A stretch of 61,206 nt of DNA from Rhodospirillales bacterium (lineage in GTDB: Bacteria; Pseudomonadota; Alphaproteobacteria; Bin95): assembly GCA_038143065.1 (NCBI GenBank), contig JAYQLI010000005.1, positions 1 through 61,206 of the forward strand, given 5' to 3'. Under the pieces are notes generated by a model. That model was not told where the DNA came from. It did no database searches and saw nothing but the letters and a program-made list of their open reading frames with translations. A program made the position numbers and the translations under genes. Shown piece after piece: positions 1-13,113 of this stretch (its first letter is position 1; every line of letters begins with the position of its first letter).

Positions 1-551
1 TTCTCTAAATTCAGGATCACCTTCTAAATCATCAAGGTCCATATATGACAGCGGATTAAAAACGGTTTCTTCCTAACCTGTTATGAGGATGAACTTACCT
101 TTTATGCTCTGGAAGTTCTACAGCAGTTTCCCAATCTTTTCATTCATAATTGGTTGAAATATGAAAACTTATTTTCTTCTTTTTATTTAAGACAGAGGCC
201 TGCCATATTTAAAAAAGAGGCGCTGCTGTATCAATATTGTTCTTGAACTCAAACAGCTGCCGACCAGGAACGCACTTTATGAAAGCTCGTCATAATTCCA
301 ATACCCTTTGACGACCGACAGAGGGGAATACGTGTATATCCAGCCTATATGGAGGTGATTGGCATATAAAATGTCTTCTCCTGGTTAAAGAAGAGGATAA
401 TTATGGAGGCAATATAGGTAAAAACAAAAGTCTTCAGAGAATTTTATTAGAAAAACATTGTAAAAATATCAGGCAAACTGCATTGAGTCAGCAGCGTCAA
501 GCATTTCGGACGGCTTTCAGGCCTGCTTGTGATTCGTGCATTTGAAAGCGG

Positions 552-1711
552 CTATCTTGACGCTAACGGGCGCCGCCTAATTCCAAGCACCCAGAGTGCT
601 TGATTGAAATTTATTTGATCTAACCGCTCTAAATTAACGATTGTAGATAGCATGAGCCTATCTTGGCTCCAATCTCTCTGAACGCTGGATCGCCACTGTA
701 ACATAACAGCACAGACGCCACAAGCGGCACAATGAAACAGAGGGTCAAAATACGCGAGCGCCGCAGATGATTGGCATGAAGAAGCGACACGACCCGCTGT
801 TCTAAAAAGCTTTTCTACCTTCTCGCCAAGACAGACGATCTGCTGTTACCAAGGTGACCTTTGGAAAACGCAATCAAAAAGCTGCGATCTTTGCGCAGGC
901 TTCTTTGACAAACGAGCAAAGTTTCACAATAAGAAACGATATCAACCCGACCTTTTTTAAGCACTTCGCTGTCACAGCTTAATTCGCGCAAATGTTCAAC
1001 TTGCCGCTTCCAGGCGTGATATGCTGGGTTCAAAGATTGGTTTTAAAACTTCGAGTAAAATCTCCCATTCGATATCGCCTTGCCGCAAATGCTGTAGCTC
1101 ATGCGCCAAAGATACTTTCATCTCATCCTTTTGGCCAAGCATATGGGACGGGATGACAATACAATAATTTCGCAAACCACGCGTTGAGAAAGGCACCAAG
1201 ATCCTGTCAGATAAACCGATTTTCACCCGCTCCAGCCGCCAAGCGTGGCTTTGACGCACTATTCTGTAAAGACAAAATGCTGAAAAAATCAGCCGCCAGA
1301 CAGAGAATCGCACACCCCAATAGAAACGCAGCAATTATGCTTGACGCGCCCCATCCGACAGCGTTTGCTACATTTTCAGTCAAGGTGCCGCGGACTGCCA
1401 AAAGACGCTCTAGATCGGCCGCTTTCATATCAAATCCACCGCTTAAGTAATGCGAGACAATTTGATCCGACAGATTGAACTTTAAATGCGCGGTAAACCC
1501 GTGTGTTTGCAGAGCATTCAACGTTAAAATCAAAGCGGGAGAAATAAGAACGGCCAAGAATAAGCGTTAAAAAGTTTCAAATGGCTTCGATAAGCATGCT
1601 GTAAGCCAAAGGTTTGCAATAGATAGCGACAGATCCACCATCCGAAATAACCACCAAAATCAGAATATTTAATGTGATGAACACATCTAAAATAGCACTA
1701 ATCGATATCAT
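552..1711 (-). CDS. M56 family (BlaR1/MecR1 N-terminal) metallopeptidase, frameshifted in this consensus
   Basis: HELQH zinc motif followed by RQGD..WE and NP..H.WKR..E..RELSCD; N-terminal TM segments; directly downstream of a BlaI-like gene; spread over ORFs 1207-1557, 996-1334 and 815-1033; ends approximate. Confidence 0.8.
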
Positions 1712-2085
1712 TTTTTAACCTCTTATCCACAAGTTCACGGATTTGAGACAAGGCTTCTTCTGTCAGATTCGTCATTCACCAAACGTGCAACCAAAGAAGC
1801 AGGCGCATCGTCAAACAGTTTGGTGGACAGATCTTTTAAGAGCGCGCTTGATAAGCATGTTTTGCCAAGCCGGTTGATAAACATGGCTTTTGCCTTTTGC
1901 GGCTGGTAACAAATTCTTTTGCTCTAAAATCCGAAGGATTGTTGCTGGATGTATAGGCCAGATCACGCTCATTCGGCAGTTTGTCCAGCACATCGCGCAC
2001 GGTGGCTTCCCCCTAAGGCCCAAAGCTTGCTCATAAATTCCAACTCAACTTCAGTCAGAAATTCATGTTTTTTCTTTTCTCTCAT
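1698..2085 (-). CDS. BlaI/MecI/CopY family transcriptional repressor (frameshifted)
   Basis: Hand translation: MREKKKHEFLTEVELEFMSKLWALGEATVRDVL...LAYTS.ATILRILEQK. Confidence 0.85.
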
Positions 2086-2164
2086 TAAATTCGGTCCTCA
2101 GGCTATGTACGCCTTGCTTCTTAAATCAGTAAACACGAAACATAATTAAATCCAAAGTGAAATT

Positions 2165-2568
2165 TCAAACTTTCCAAAAACAGAAAACCATCCACCCAAT
2201 ACTAATCGCCACTGGCCACCATAATGGTTGCCCCATCAGGCCAAGCCACGCCAAAAAGATATAAGCTGCCCCCAATAACGAAATAAACAATCTATCACCG
2301 CGCGTGGTCGTTAATCCCAAGACACCGCGCCGCTCATCGCCACCCGGTCGGCGTATTTCCAAAACGGTGATCACTGCCATCGCTGAAAAGATTCCGCAAA
2401 ATAATAGAAATGTGGCCGGTGTCCATGCCATCCAAAAATCTGGCCATAATGGGTCCGTCCAGGAAAAACCCAACCTCTTCTTTTTTGCCGCCACTTTTCC
2501 CAACCAGAGGCCAGCGCTTGATTCAATGGCAAAGCCAAGAATAGGAATGAAAGAAAACGAAACATCAC
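2165..2568 (-). CDS. glpU: DUF2160 small membrane protein of the glycerol ABC operon
   Basis: WMAWT...RRGVLGLTTTRGDRLFISLLG signature; position after the permeases; N-terminus lies in another frame. Confidence 0.8.
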
Positions 2569-3360
2569 ACCCTTCCCAGGGCAAAACCCTTAGCAATGTA
2601 GTTGCGTACAAAATAGATAACGATTGCCCCCGGAATGATGGTCAGCGTTCCGGCTGCCGCCAGCAAACCCAATTCATATCCGGCAGAAGAAGCCGTTTTG
2701 GTCATCGTTGCCGCAATAGGCTTAGCGGCAACGGCAGTCAGCGTTTTTGCCAATAAAAGCTCGACCCATGAAAACATGAAGCAAAAGAAGGCAGCAACGC
2801 CAACTCCAGCTTTGATTGTTGGCAAAAAGATAGAGACAAAAAACCGCGGAAAAGAATACCCATCAACATAAGCGGTTTCATCAAGCTCTTTTGGAACACC
2901 CCCCATAAAGCCTTCTAAAATCCAAACCGCTAAGGGGATATTGAACAAGCAATGCGCCAGCGCAACGGCCAAATGGGTATCAAATAAACCAACCGAGGAA
3001 TAAAGCTGAAAAAATGGCAGGGCGAATACAGCAGCCGGAGCCATACGATTTGTCAGCAACCAGAAAAACAATTGTTTGTCGCCTAAGAACCGATAGCGCG
3101 AAAAAGCATATGCTGCAGGCAACGCCACGCTGACGGAAAAACCGTATTGAGCGATACATACAGGATCGAATTATAATAGCCCCAATACCAAGTTGGATCG
3201 GTGAAAATGACGCGGTAATTGTCAAAGGTAAATGTTTGCGGAAACAGACTAAAACCAGACAGAATCTCGCCCGTGGTTTTAAAGCTCATCGCCACCAACC
3301 AATAAATAGGCAACATCAGAAACAGAAATAGATAATCGGAATTAATGACCGTTTCCTCAT
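2565..3360 (-). CDS. glpQ: Carbohydrate (glycerol-type) ABC permease
   Basis: EAA loop ELDETAYVDG; NRMAPAAVFALPF; one or two frameshifts. Confidence 0.8.
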
Positions 3361-4221
3361 TTTCGATCATCCTTTGTCATCAAAGTGTAGAACAGCCAGC
3401 TCACCAACAAGGTGATGGCGAAATATATCAAAGACATTGCTGCCGCAGGCCTAGATCAAACTGACCAGAAGCGCTATTTTCACCAAATCGATCGACAGCA
3501 AGGTGGTTGAATTGCCCGGGCCTACCACCGGTTAAAACGAAAGGTTCCGTGTAAATATTGAAGCTGTCCATGAAGCGCAGGAGAATGGCGATGGTCAACA
3601 CCGTCTTCATTTTTGGCAATTGAATATAGCGAAACACTTTCCAGGGTGATGCAGCATCGATTTTAGCTGCTTGATAATAGGCATCGGGAATAGAGACCAA
3701 CCCAGCATAAGATAAAAGCACCACAAGCGAGGTCCAATGCCAAACATCCATCACAATAATGGTTACCCATGCCGCAAAGGGATTTTGCGTCATATCATAA
3801 GTGATGCCCAAAACATTGTTCATCAAATATCCCAAAGGCCGATTTCAGGCAGGGTAAAGATATTCCACATGGCCCCAACCACATTCCATGGAATCAACAT
3901 CGGCAACGCCATCATGACCAAGCAAACCGAAACCCAGATCCCCTGGCGCGGCATAGAAAGTGCAATGATAATGCCCAACGGCACTTCAATAATTAAAATT
4001 GAGGCTGTGAATAAGAATTGCCGCCCCAACGCGGCTTGGAAACGCTCAGAGCGCAAGATTTGTTCAAACCAATCTACCCCCTGCCAAAAAAATACATTAT
4101 TTCCAAAGGTTTCTTGCACCGAATAATTCACAACCGTCATGATTGGAACCAACGCATTAAAAGCAACCAGCAATAAAACAGGCAAAACAAAAAACCATGC
4201 TTTCTGATTTTCAGTTTTCAT
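3357..4221 (-). CDS. glpP: Carbohydrate (glycerol-type) ABC permease
   Basis: MKTENQKAWFFVLPV...YSVQETFGNN; EAA loop YYQAAKIDAAS; ATGA overlaps with neighbours. Confidence 0.8.
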
Positions 4222-5287
4222 GCCTGTGCCTCCGTTGCGATCCAACCATCCCGATAAAGCCGCGTTTGATCTTGACGAAATGCCAAATTTACCCAATCGC
4301 CTTTCGCGGGCATCTGACCTGCACCAACGGCTTTGACATGACTGGAACCGACAACAACTTCTACGATGGAATGACGCCCAACATCAGAAACTTTATGAAC
4401 TTGGCCCCGAATGCCCTGATCGGCAAAGCGAAATAATTCCGGACGTATTCAGTTGAAGCTGGCCGCCTGATCCAATGACAGGGCCTTCCAACGCCATCAC
4501 ATGGTTTTCAAAAAGCACATCGCCATCTTTTAGCTTGACCGGCAGGATATTCATGCCCGGCGATCCGATGAAATGCCCTACGAAAACATGTTGTGGACGT
4601 TCGAATAATTCCACCGGGGTTCCGATTTGTACAACCTCGCCCTCTTGCATCACAACCACTTGATCGGCAAAGGTCAACGCTTCCGTCCTGATCATGCGTA
4701 ACATAAATCATCGTAGCCCCAACCCGCTGGTGCAGTTCTTTAAGTTTGGACCGTAATTTCCACTTCAAATGAGGATCAATGACGGTCAGGGGCTCATCAA
4801 ACATCACCACATTCACATCTTCGCGCACCAACCCGCGCCCCATAGATACTTTTGCTTATTATCGGAGATAAATTTGACGCCCGGATATCGAGCATGTCTT
4901 CAACCTCTAACAAGGCGGCAATTTGCTCCACCCGGCTGGCGATTTTTTCTTCATCGACGCCGCGATTGCGCAGCGGAAAAGCAAAGTTTTCGCGCACCGT
5001 CATCGTGTCATAAATGACCGGGAATTGGAAAACCTGCGCAATATTGCGTTGATCAGGTAAGATCGGTGACATCGTGATCGTCGAATAAAATGCGCCCCGA
5101 TGAAGGTTTTAACAACCCCGAAATTATATTCAGCAAGGTGGATTTGCCGCATCCCGATGGCCCCAACAGCGCATAGGCGCCACCGTCTTGCCAATCAAGG
5201 TCGATTTCTTTGAGCGCATAATCCTGAATATTTGCAGGGTGAGGCAAATAAGAATGGCGCAATTTGGACAGGGTTATTTTTGGCCAT
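4218..5287 (-). CDS. glpT: ABC transporter ATP-binding protein (frameshifted)
   Basis: Walker A GPSGCGKST; FDEPLTVIDPHLK; YVTHDQ. Confidence 0.8.
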
Positions 5288-6352
5288 CAAGCAACAAGCC
5301 TCCCATCCGGGTCGAAGTAAAACGCTTGGCTCACATCCATGAAAAATTCATGCTCCTGCCCCACATGATAACGATAGACACCATGGGCAAGAGACACCCA
5401 GCTATCCGCCCCCATTTGGAAATGCGCACTGGAATCCGAGCCTGACAACTCTGTTACCAAAACGCGCCCTGGAACGGCGATGCTTTGCGCATCTTGGGCC
5501 GTAGGGGTGACGTGGTGGGGGCGAATTGCCATTGTGTAAGTACCATCAGGTAAAAACTGCCGCGTCTCCGCTTGGCGGCCAACTGGGGCCTTTATCGATT
5601 TGCGCCAAAGCGCCTTTTTTAACCACAATGGCCGTGTTGATTGGAGGGTCGGAAAACACCCGAGCTGCGGCAAGGCTTTGCGGAGAACGGTAAATTTCGG
5701 CCGTCGGACCGGGTGGGTTGTAACCCCATCATCCATAAGCACCGTCTTTCCGCCCAACAGCAACGCCTCTTCTGGCTCAGAAGTCGCATATACCACCACA
5801 GCTCCGCGGCACTGCGAATAATTCAGGCAACTGTTCGCGCAGTTCTTCGCGCAACTTATAATCCCAGATTTGCAAGCGGTTCGTCTAAAAACACCGTGCG
5901 GCTTTCCTTGGCAATGGCGCGCGCCAAAGCGCAGCGCTGTTGTTGGCCTCGCTTAATTCATGGGGCCGGCGCGCCAACATTGGGCGCAGCTGTAAAAAAT
6001 ATCCGCCGCCTCTTCCACACGCCCAGCGATTTCTGACTTGGCCATACCCGCCACGCGCAGCGGAGATGCGATATTGTCAAAACGGTCATATGGGGGTAAT
6101 TCACAAAGAACTCGTGCACCAAACTGATATTTCGCTTTTGCGTTGACAGCTTTGAAACATCTTCTCCATTCATCAATATTTGACCCGTTGCCAAAGGGTC
6201 CAAACCCGCCATCAATTTGATCATCGAGGTCTTTCCAGATCCTGTCTGACCAAGAAGTACGTTAAAGTGACCCGGTTCAAAAAGCAGCGATGTTGGTTTG
6301 ATATGGGTGATCCGCGGATCACTTTACTCGCCCCTCTGAGCTCTAAGGTCAT
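5287..6352 (-). CDS. glpS: ABC transporter ATP-binding protein (frameshifted)
   Basis: LLGQTGSGKTS Walker A; LDEPLANLDYKLREELR; VVYATSEPEEALLLGG. Confidence 0.8.
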
Positions 6353-6395
6353 TGGTTATCTTTCTGCATTCGATTTTTGTGTATCATTATGAAAT

Positions 6396-6422
6396 GGCCA
6401 GAGCTTGGCAACAGCTCTGGCC
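6396..6422. terminator. Intergenic hairpin after the solute-binding protein gene
   Basis: GGCCAGAGCT-N7-AGCTCTGGCC perfect 10 bp stem. Confidence 0.55.
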
Positions 6423-6456
6423 TGAATTGGCCCCATTTAGGTGGGGCCAAGCCATG

Positions 6457-8188
6457 TTACTTATTCCAACGGGCTACGAGTTCATCATAGTTTACCGTCT
6501 GGCCTTGTGGTTTTTCGTTGTCCAGCTTCGCTTTCGCGCCGCCTTTACCCAACCACACAGATGGATCTTGCTCTTCATTCAACCGAGGACCACATCCACC
6601 ATAGACATTGGCAGCTTCATCAGCAGCTTGCATCCGTGCCATGGTGATATCCATTTCTTCGGCCAAGCGATCCATCGCTTCTTGTGGCGTAAACGCGCCT
6701 GAGTTCACGTCTCCGATTTGCTGCCACCAAATTTGGGCCAGCTTTGGATAATCAGGAACGTTGATCCCTGTGGGTGACCAAGCGACACGATCCGGTGAGC
6801 GATAGAATTCGACCAAGCCCCCCAGTTTCGGAGCCCGCTCAGTGAAAGAGGCATGATTAACCGAGCTGTCGCGGGTAAATGTCAGACCAACATGTGATTT
6901 TTTCACATCAACGGTTTTTGACGTCACGAATTGGGCGTAAAGCCAGGCTGCTTGCGCACGCTCAGATGGGGTGGATTTCAAGAAGGTCCAAGATCCCACA
7001 TCTTGATAGCCCACCTTTTGGCCTTTTTCCCAGTATGGGCCATGCGGAGAAGGTGCCATCCGCCACAAGGGGTTCCCGTCGCTGTCAACCGTGTTATTGC
7101 CTTCTGACCGTGGCTTCACCATATCGGCCGTAAACGCTGTATACCAGAAAATCTGCTGGGCCACATTGCCTTGCGCCAAGGCTGGCAAAGATTGGTAGAA
7201 ATCGTAGGATGCAGCACCGGGAGGGGCATAGTTGCGCAGCCACTCATCCCATTTGCGGATCGCATATACCGCCGCTGGGCCGTTTGCCGCCCCGCCACGT
7301 GATACAGAGGCACCGGCAGGGTTACACGATCCCGCTTCCATGCGAATGCCCCATTCATCAATTGGCACACCGTTCGGCTCACCTTTGGAACCGGTACCCG
7401 CCATTGACAGCCACGCATCCGTCATCCGCCAACCAAGATCTGGCGCGCGTTTACCGTAATCCATATGGCCATAAATAGCGACGCCATCCACTTCTTTCAC
7501 ATCATTTGAAAAGAAATCGGCAATGTCTTCAGGCAGACCAGTTTACCGGAACACCCAGCTCATACCCGTATTTTGCTTTAAACGCCGCTTTGTTATCGGC
7601 ATCGTCAAACCAATCCTTTCGGAACCAGTACAAGTTGGCGAATTGCTGGTCGGGCAATTGATACAAATTGCCATCGGGACCAGTGGTGAATTGAATGCCC
7701 ATAAAATCGTCTAGATCAAGCGTGGGTGATGTTGTTGCAGCCCAGTCGCCGGCCATTTGTTCCGTTAAGTTATATGCCAATTGCAAACGTGAATGGGTTC
7801 CAATCAAATCAGAATCGTTCACATACCCATCATAAAGGTTGCGCTGCGTTTGCATCTGCGTTTGCACCGCTTGCACCACTTCACCCTCGCCCAGAATTTG
7901 GTGATTCACCTTAATTCCAGTAATCTCTTCGAACGCCTTGGTCAGCACTTCGCTTTCATATCCATGGGTTGGAATGCCCTCGGATAAAACATTTACTTCC
8001 ATGCCACTATAAGGTTTTGACGCTTCGATAAACCAGTTCATTTCAGCCATTTGCTCGTCTTTTGACAAGGTCGATGGCTGGAATTCTTGGTTGATCCATT
8101 TCTGGGCTGCTGCCTGATCGGCAATAGCAGTCCCATGCCCTGCAATGACAGCCAAAGCCGCCGTTGCAGAGAGTAAATACTTACGCAT
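6457..8188 (-). CDS. glpV: Glycerol-type ABC transporter substrate-binding protein
   Basis: Signal peptide; EFQPSTLS..EQMAEM.WF, YQLPDQQFANLYWFR, WSPTGINVPDYPKLAQIWW; two ORFs joined by one frameshift. Confidence 0.85.
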
Positions 8189-8734
8189 AGTATATCCTCC
8201 CGAAAAATTTATAACCGGTCTTTGCCGGATATCGATATCGTAATATTATGGAAATATAACTGTCAAACTAAAAATTTAGTAGATTGAAAATAAAAGTTAA
8301 ATCATTAAAAAACAATAGCTTAATTGGTTAATCTTCAAAGTTTTTATAACTCTGCTTGCAAAATCAAAACAAATGAGTCGTCCGGTCACAACAATTGCCT
8401 ACCCTATGACCCCGCGATGCTCAGAACTGGGAAGGCGCTCACTCATACGTATCTTTGTTTTAGCAAAACGCGGCAGTCAACCATACAAAACCTTAACTGA
8501 AACCAACTGTTCAGATTCTAAACGAGACGAAGCTTAACGATGGTTTTGCCAAGCCATGAGCTGTAAAATCGCAATCCAACCCGGCTTTTAAAAGCACTTT
8601 GGAAAAACGTGTGAATGTTCATCAAGATCAGGCTTCTTGCGGGATGCAATGGCAGGTATCCAGCTGTTGCATTATCGCACCTGATGAGATTGGAAGGCGA
8701 TCTTGGTATTTAGATGAGGCATCAGCTGTGTCGT

Positions 8735-9999
8735 TTATGTTAAAGCCTTTTCCTGATACTCGTCTCTGCTGAGTTCATATCGTTTGCCCGTGAGCATGTC
8801 TTTCTTAAGCCTTGGCGTGAGATGGCAGTGGTGGCGCTCAATCATGCCATTGCTTGTGCCCATCTGTATGGCGAGGGCATAGACATCCATTCCATCGTAT
8901 ATCACAGCGAATGTCGCGTAAGTATGGCGCAGGCTATAGAGCGTTCCGTTAAGACCCGTACGTGGGCATTTGATCAGCTCGCTCTCTTTCACGAATGCGC
9001 GGAAGGTTTGATGGATGTTCTTGCTCACAATCCCATCAGGCAATCTAAATACTGGCAGATCTACGCGCTCTTTCACCAGCTGTTCAAAGCTCATGTGATT
9101 GAGGTCTTCTGAGCGTTCATGGATGCGTTTGAGGCAATTGATGGTTCCGCTGCGGCAGATGATATCCTGCCTGCCCGTTTTCCTGTCACGCTCATTTCAA
9201 GGTATTGAAGATCATTTTCCTCAAACAGCGTGATGTGTTTCCCGTTCAGGTTAAGAACCTCAGCCCCATGGCGCATGCCCGTGTTGGCCAAGATGAGAAC
9301 ATAATCATGCATGAGATATCGCATGTCAGTGGCTTGCTCCACTTTGCCTTGTTTGATCCAGTGCGGCAGTTTACGGATCATGGTTGCGTATTCTTAACGT
9401 GTAAAGTCTGGACGTTCGCGTTCGCTTTTCTCACCTTTGTTCAAAAGCATTGGCACATTTTTGTGTGCCAGAAAGCCTTTCCACAGCTTCATCAAACACG
9501 CGGTTCATTGCATCGGGGTTCGTTATGTGTATTGAGTAAGCAGCGCTTGCTTTCGGGTCCCTGCCCATCTTTGTTCTGCACCTCTCATAGAAGCTTTGTA
9601 CCTTCCCTCATAATCAACGGAGGTTACGTACTGCGAGCCAAAGTCGGGAATGCGGTATCGCTCAATGCACATGATGTACTCTGCATAGACTTTCTCAGCC
9701 CAAGCCCGCGTCCAATTGCTTGCGCATATCGCCAATTGCCAGCCGCGCTAGCATTGCTGAGAATTTCTTAGTAATCACAATGGAAAGGTCGTTCTTATGT
9801 CTGAACTTATATTCTAGATAAGTGTCCCGCGCGATCTCTTTGGCTTCATTGAGATCTTTCTTACCAGTACTGATGGAGTATGGGCTTTACCATAATGCTG
9901 AATGCAGCCTGCCATCTTTTTTACTGCGTTCGCGACGATACACACGGACCTCGCCGTCCAAGATCAACACAGTATCATCTCGCAAGTGTCGCACGCCAA
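8735..9999 (-). CDS. Tyrosine recombinase/phage integrase (copy A), fragmented
   Basis: ILANTGMR.G.E box I and LYSLRHTYAT box II; starts ~240 bp downstream of the tRNA-Phe fragment at 10245. Confidence 0.8.
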
Positions 10000-10244
10000 T
10001 CTAAAGACCTTGCCAAATTATATGGCTCGCAACACTGACAAGATCTACCAAACTGTGCTTTTTGATTAGGAGAAATCCAAAGACCAAAGACTCTGTTCAT
10101 TCACTAGGGTTAAGACACAGTGTTTAAGCCTGAAAACGTGCCCCATAAACACGCAAAAAAGTGTGTGTTTGGTGTGTTTTTGAAATATACACGCATACGA
10201 TCCTGTAGCGAAAAAAACTAAGTCATTGATATCATTTTGGAATA

Positions 10245-10316
10245 TGGTGCCCGGGGGCGGATTTGAACCACCGACACGAGGATTTTCAGTCCACTGCTAA
10301 AAACCCCTGAGCTACC
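10245..10316 (-). pseudogene. tRNA-Phe(GAA) relic / att site lacking the 5' acceptor strand
   Basis: Minus strand reads GGTAGCTCAGGGGTTTTTAGCAGTGGACTGAAAATCCTCGTGTCGGTGGTTCAAATCCGCCCCCGGGCACCA: GAA anticodon, T arm and CCA present; D stem damaged; no GCCCG 5' end. Confidence 0.85.
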
Positions 10317-10384
10317 TCATTAAATCATATACTTAGCTTAATTGACAAAGCCCTTGTCACAATTGGGTCCAAGGGGAAAGTTTA

Positions 10385-11443
10385 ATGGCCAGTATTCGTA
10401 GGAGAAACGGAAAGTTTCAGGCACAAGTCAGAAGATTAGGGACCACATCAATTAGCAAACATTTACCCATAAAAAGGATGCCCTAGTTTGGGTACGAGGT
10501 ATTGAAGCGCGAATTGATGTGGGTGAAACCAACGTAGTTGCACCTCATCAAGACGGTCACTTTGGGCGACGTAATGGAACGATACAGTCATTCCAAGGGA
10601 AATTACGCCACAAGAAATGTGCCAGTTAGAACAGAGGCGGCTGTTCCGCCTATCTAAAGACGCCATAGCTAAAATACCGCTATCAAAGTTAACGAGTACG
10701 AAGCTCGCGACCTTCAGAGATCGTAGAATTCAGGATGGTGTGAGAGCTGCACAATACGACCTTATCTAATCAGAGCAGTTCTAATAAAAAGATTTATTCC
10801 GAAACCTTAGAATGGGGCATTTCACTGCCGTCCAACCCTGTAGATAATATCCGTGTTCCAAACGGAATTAGACGGCGTGAAAGGCGCCTAGAGGATGGCA
10901 CAATATCACAAACCTCAATTTAAAGCAAACGCTGCGCAAAGTTGCAGAAACCAATAAATAATGGTTCAGTGGTTGAATTCGTTCTTACGAGACCGCGATG
11001 AGACGCAGTGGAAATACTTTCATTATTGCAGTTGGCAGCATACGGATCTCAGAATGCTGGTTTAGACAAATCTAAAACTTCTTGCAACCAATTTTAAAAA
11101 TGCTACCGCTATAGGTTTTGAAGAAGTGTGCCGCTTACGCGTAGAGCTTGCCTTGCGTAATCAATCAATTGCTCTCATCACACATAGTCTTGTTTTCGTT
11201 AAAAACTACGGACTATTCTATCCGCCATTGGCTGGGACCGTTTGGTGAAGCGAGCAGGGATAAAAAACTTAGGTTTCACGATCTTAGACATGAGTTGCCG
11301 TATCTAGATTATTTGAAGCTGGATTGATATTTCCTGTGAGTAGCACTAGTAAAGCGGACGATAAAGATTTTAGAATGCTTCAACTTTTCTGCATCTGTTT
11401 GAAAGCTGAAACTTTGCGCCTGAAGGATCATTTTAAAAAATAA
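10385..11443 (+). pseudogene. Tyrosine recombinase/integrase of a second family, heavily disrupted
   Basis: MASIRRRNGKFQAQVRR.G...SKTF..KKDA..W N-terminus; ETAMRR..E and LRFHDLRHE motifs; many indels (decay or low-coverage consensus). Confidence 0.75.
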
Positions 11444-11626
11444 TTCAAGCAATCTTCTCATTTACAACATATTAACAACGTGTACCTATTTTTTGACCAA
11501 AATATTAACTGTGCTCAATTAAATGGCTCATATCAGTGCACTATTACAAGAACAGATTACCGCAACGTAAAATTGACGAATAATTGGGTAGGCGCTGTAG
11601 TTAACCCTTCTAATCAGGAGACTACA

Positions 11627-12087
11627 ATGAAGAAGATTATTGCTGCGCGCTAATAGCGGCTGTTCCTACGTTATCATTCGCAGGTGGCCATGGGGATTTA
11701 GGTGGACATGGAACTGGCGTCACAATTGATACCCATGTTATGGAAGGAAAGACTGGCGGTCTTGTCATGCAGACCACTCAGGATGTATGGATTTGGGACA
11801 ATCCACCAGAAGGATTTCAGCAGCATCGACAGCAACCTGCAACCAATACATAGCATTTGGAGCTACACCGCAGCCCATTGGTGGGGTGTTCGTATGCAGA
11901 TCAGTGAGATCCAGACGGTGACGTGTCGCTAAATACTGGAGCGTTTCAACCAGATGGTTCAGCTATGATTACGAGCATTGCAGCAACTGGCAAATGGGCA
12001 GCATATGTTGGAGCTAGCTGGATTGGCAAAACCACTATCCAAGCCGGTGAAAACCGAACAGTATACACTTTTACACCCACAAATTAG
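11627..12087 (+). CDS. Hypothetical secreted protein (frameshifted)
   Basis: RBS CAGGAG; MKKIIAA..IAAVPTLSFAGGH signal peptide; ends at a hairpin. Confidence 0.5.
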
Positions 12088-12096
12088 ACAACAAAG

Positions 12097-12122
12097 AGCG
12101 AGCAGGACGCAATCTGCTCGCT
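12097..12122. terminator. Hairpin between convergent genes
   Basis: AGCGAGCAG-N8-CTGCTCGCT. Confidence 0.55.
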
Positions 12123-12142
12123 TACATTTCTTTAAAATGTTG

Positions 12143-12551
12143 CTAAGTTAGCCATAGTCTTTGGAGCTTTTCAGACAGTGCCGTAGTGATCTCATCTTCA
12201 GATCTTTCTACCTCAGGCACTTCCTTAGGCTTGAACAAACCCAAGTTCTTACCCAGCAGCTCGATGGCCTTTAGCTTTGCTGATACGGGGCCATCACCAA
12301 AGGCCACCGCTTCAAGCTCCTTCAGAATTCTCTCTTCTCGTGAGAGCGCTTGTATGCGCTGTCTGCGGGCCTTTTCTGCCTCCAGCTCGATTATCCTTGC
12401 AGCCACCTTGGGTGCCTCCTGAGCCTCGAGATTCCTCCCAGACAGTCTTTGGCGCCATCTGCGACGTATCATATGCCTTTCTATAGGCATTCGACTGAGA
12501 GCTGCCTTCACTGACCTCTTCCACAAATTTTGTCTGCTTAGCTGTGAGCAT
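12143..12551 (-). CDS. Terminase small subunit (HTH, pac/satellite type), one frameshift
   Basis: MLTAKQTKFVEEV..G.SQSNAYRKAY...S(R)L..HPKVAARI.EL...AKLKAIELLGK.LGLF, typical of TerS. Confidence 0.75.
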
Positions 12552-12556
12552 GTGAT

Positions 12557-13018
12557 TTAGGCACCTAATAATTTTAGCGCGGCCTTGTAACGAGAAAGGC
12601 GATTGATATCGCCTTCAGTTATATCATCAATGCGTGAGATATCTAAGTTATCTTTGATATCAGAAATTTTCACTTCACGCCCAATCTTGTTGGCTTTAGC
12701 GCGGGATACAAACTCAAGGTAATGATCAAGCTTTTCACCTTCAGACAACCGACGGTACTCAGCCTCTTCTTCTGGCGTTTTACTTACGCGCTGCAGCGCC
12801 TCAATGATTTCCGTTGAGACGCCTTCACCTTTAAGACGTTGCCATGTCCAACCCTCACAATCCTCAACAACGTCGTGCAACACGCCAACAATACGCTCTT
12901 TCCTCCGTATTCAGCGATAACATTACCCTAAGGGGATGGAGAATGTAGGGATTGCCACCCTTGTCCACTTGCCCCGTATGCGCCTCTCGGCGATTTTGAT
13001 GGCCTTTTCTAAATTCAT
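12557..13018 (-). CDS. Standalone HD-domain hydrolase (Mesh1/SpoT-hydrolase-like)
   Basis: MNLEKAIKIA.EAHTGQVDKGGNPYILHPLRVM...GVLHDVVED...VKISDIKDN. Confidence 0.8.
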
Positions 13019-13113
13019 TCTTGTCCTTTCTTTTAATTTCGAAACTATTTTTTTGATCATTCCACCACTTTCTACAAAACCCAGCGCCAACATAGGGCGC
13101 TGGGAAGAGGTGC

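Noticed and set aside
1-400. Possible minus-strand gene at the window start
   Set aside because: Too error-rich to give a continuous frame or a recognisable motif.
10245-10320. Functional tRNA-Phe
   Set aside because: The 5' acceptor strand cannot pair with CCCGGGC and the D stem is disrupted.
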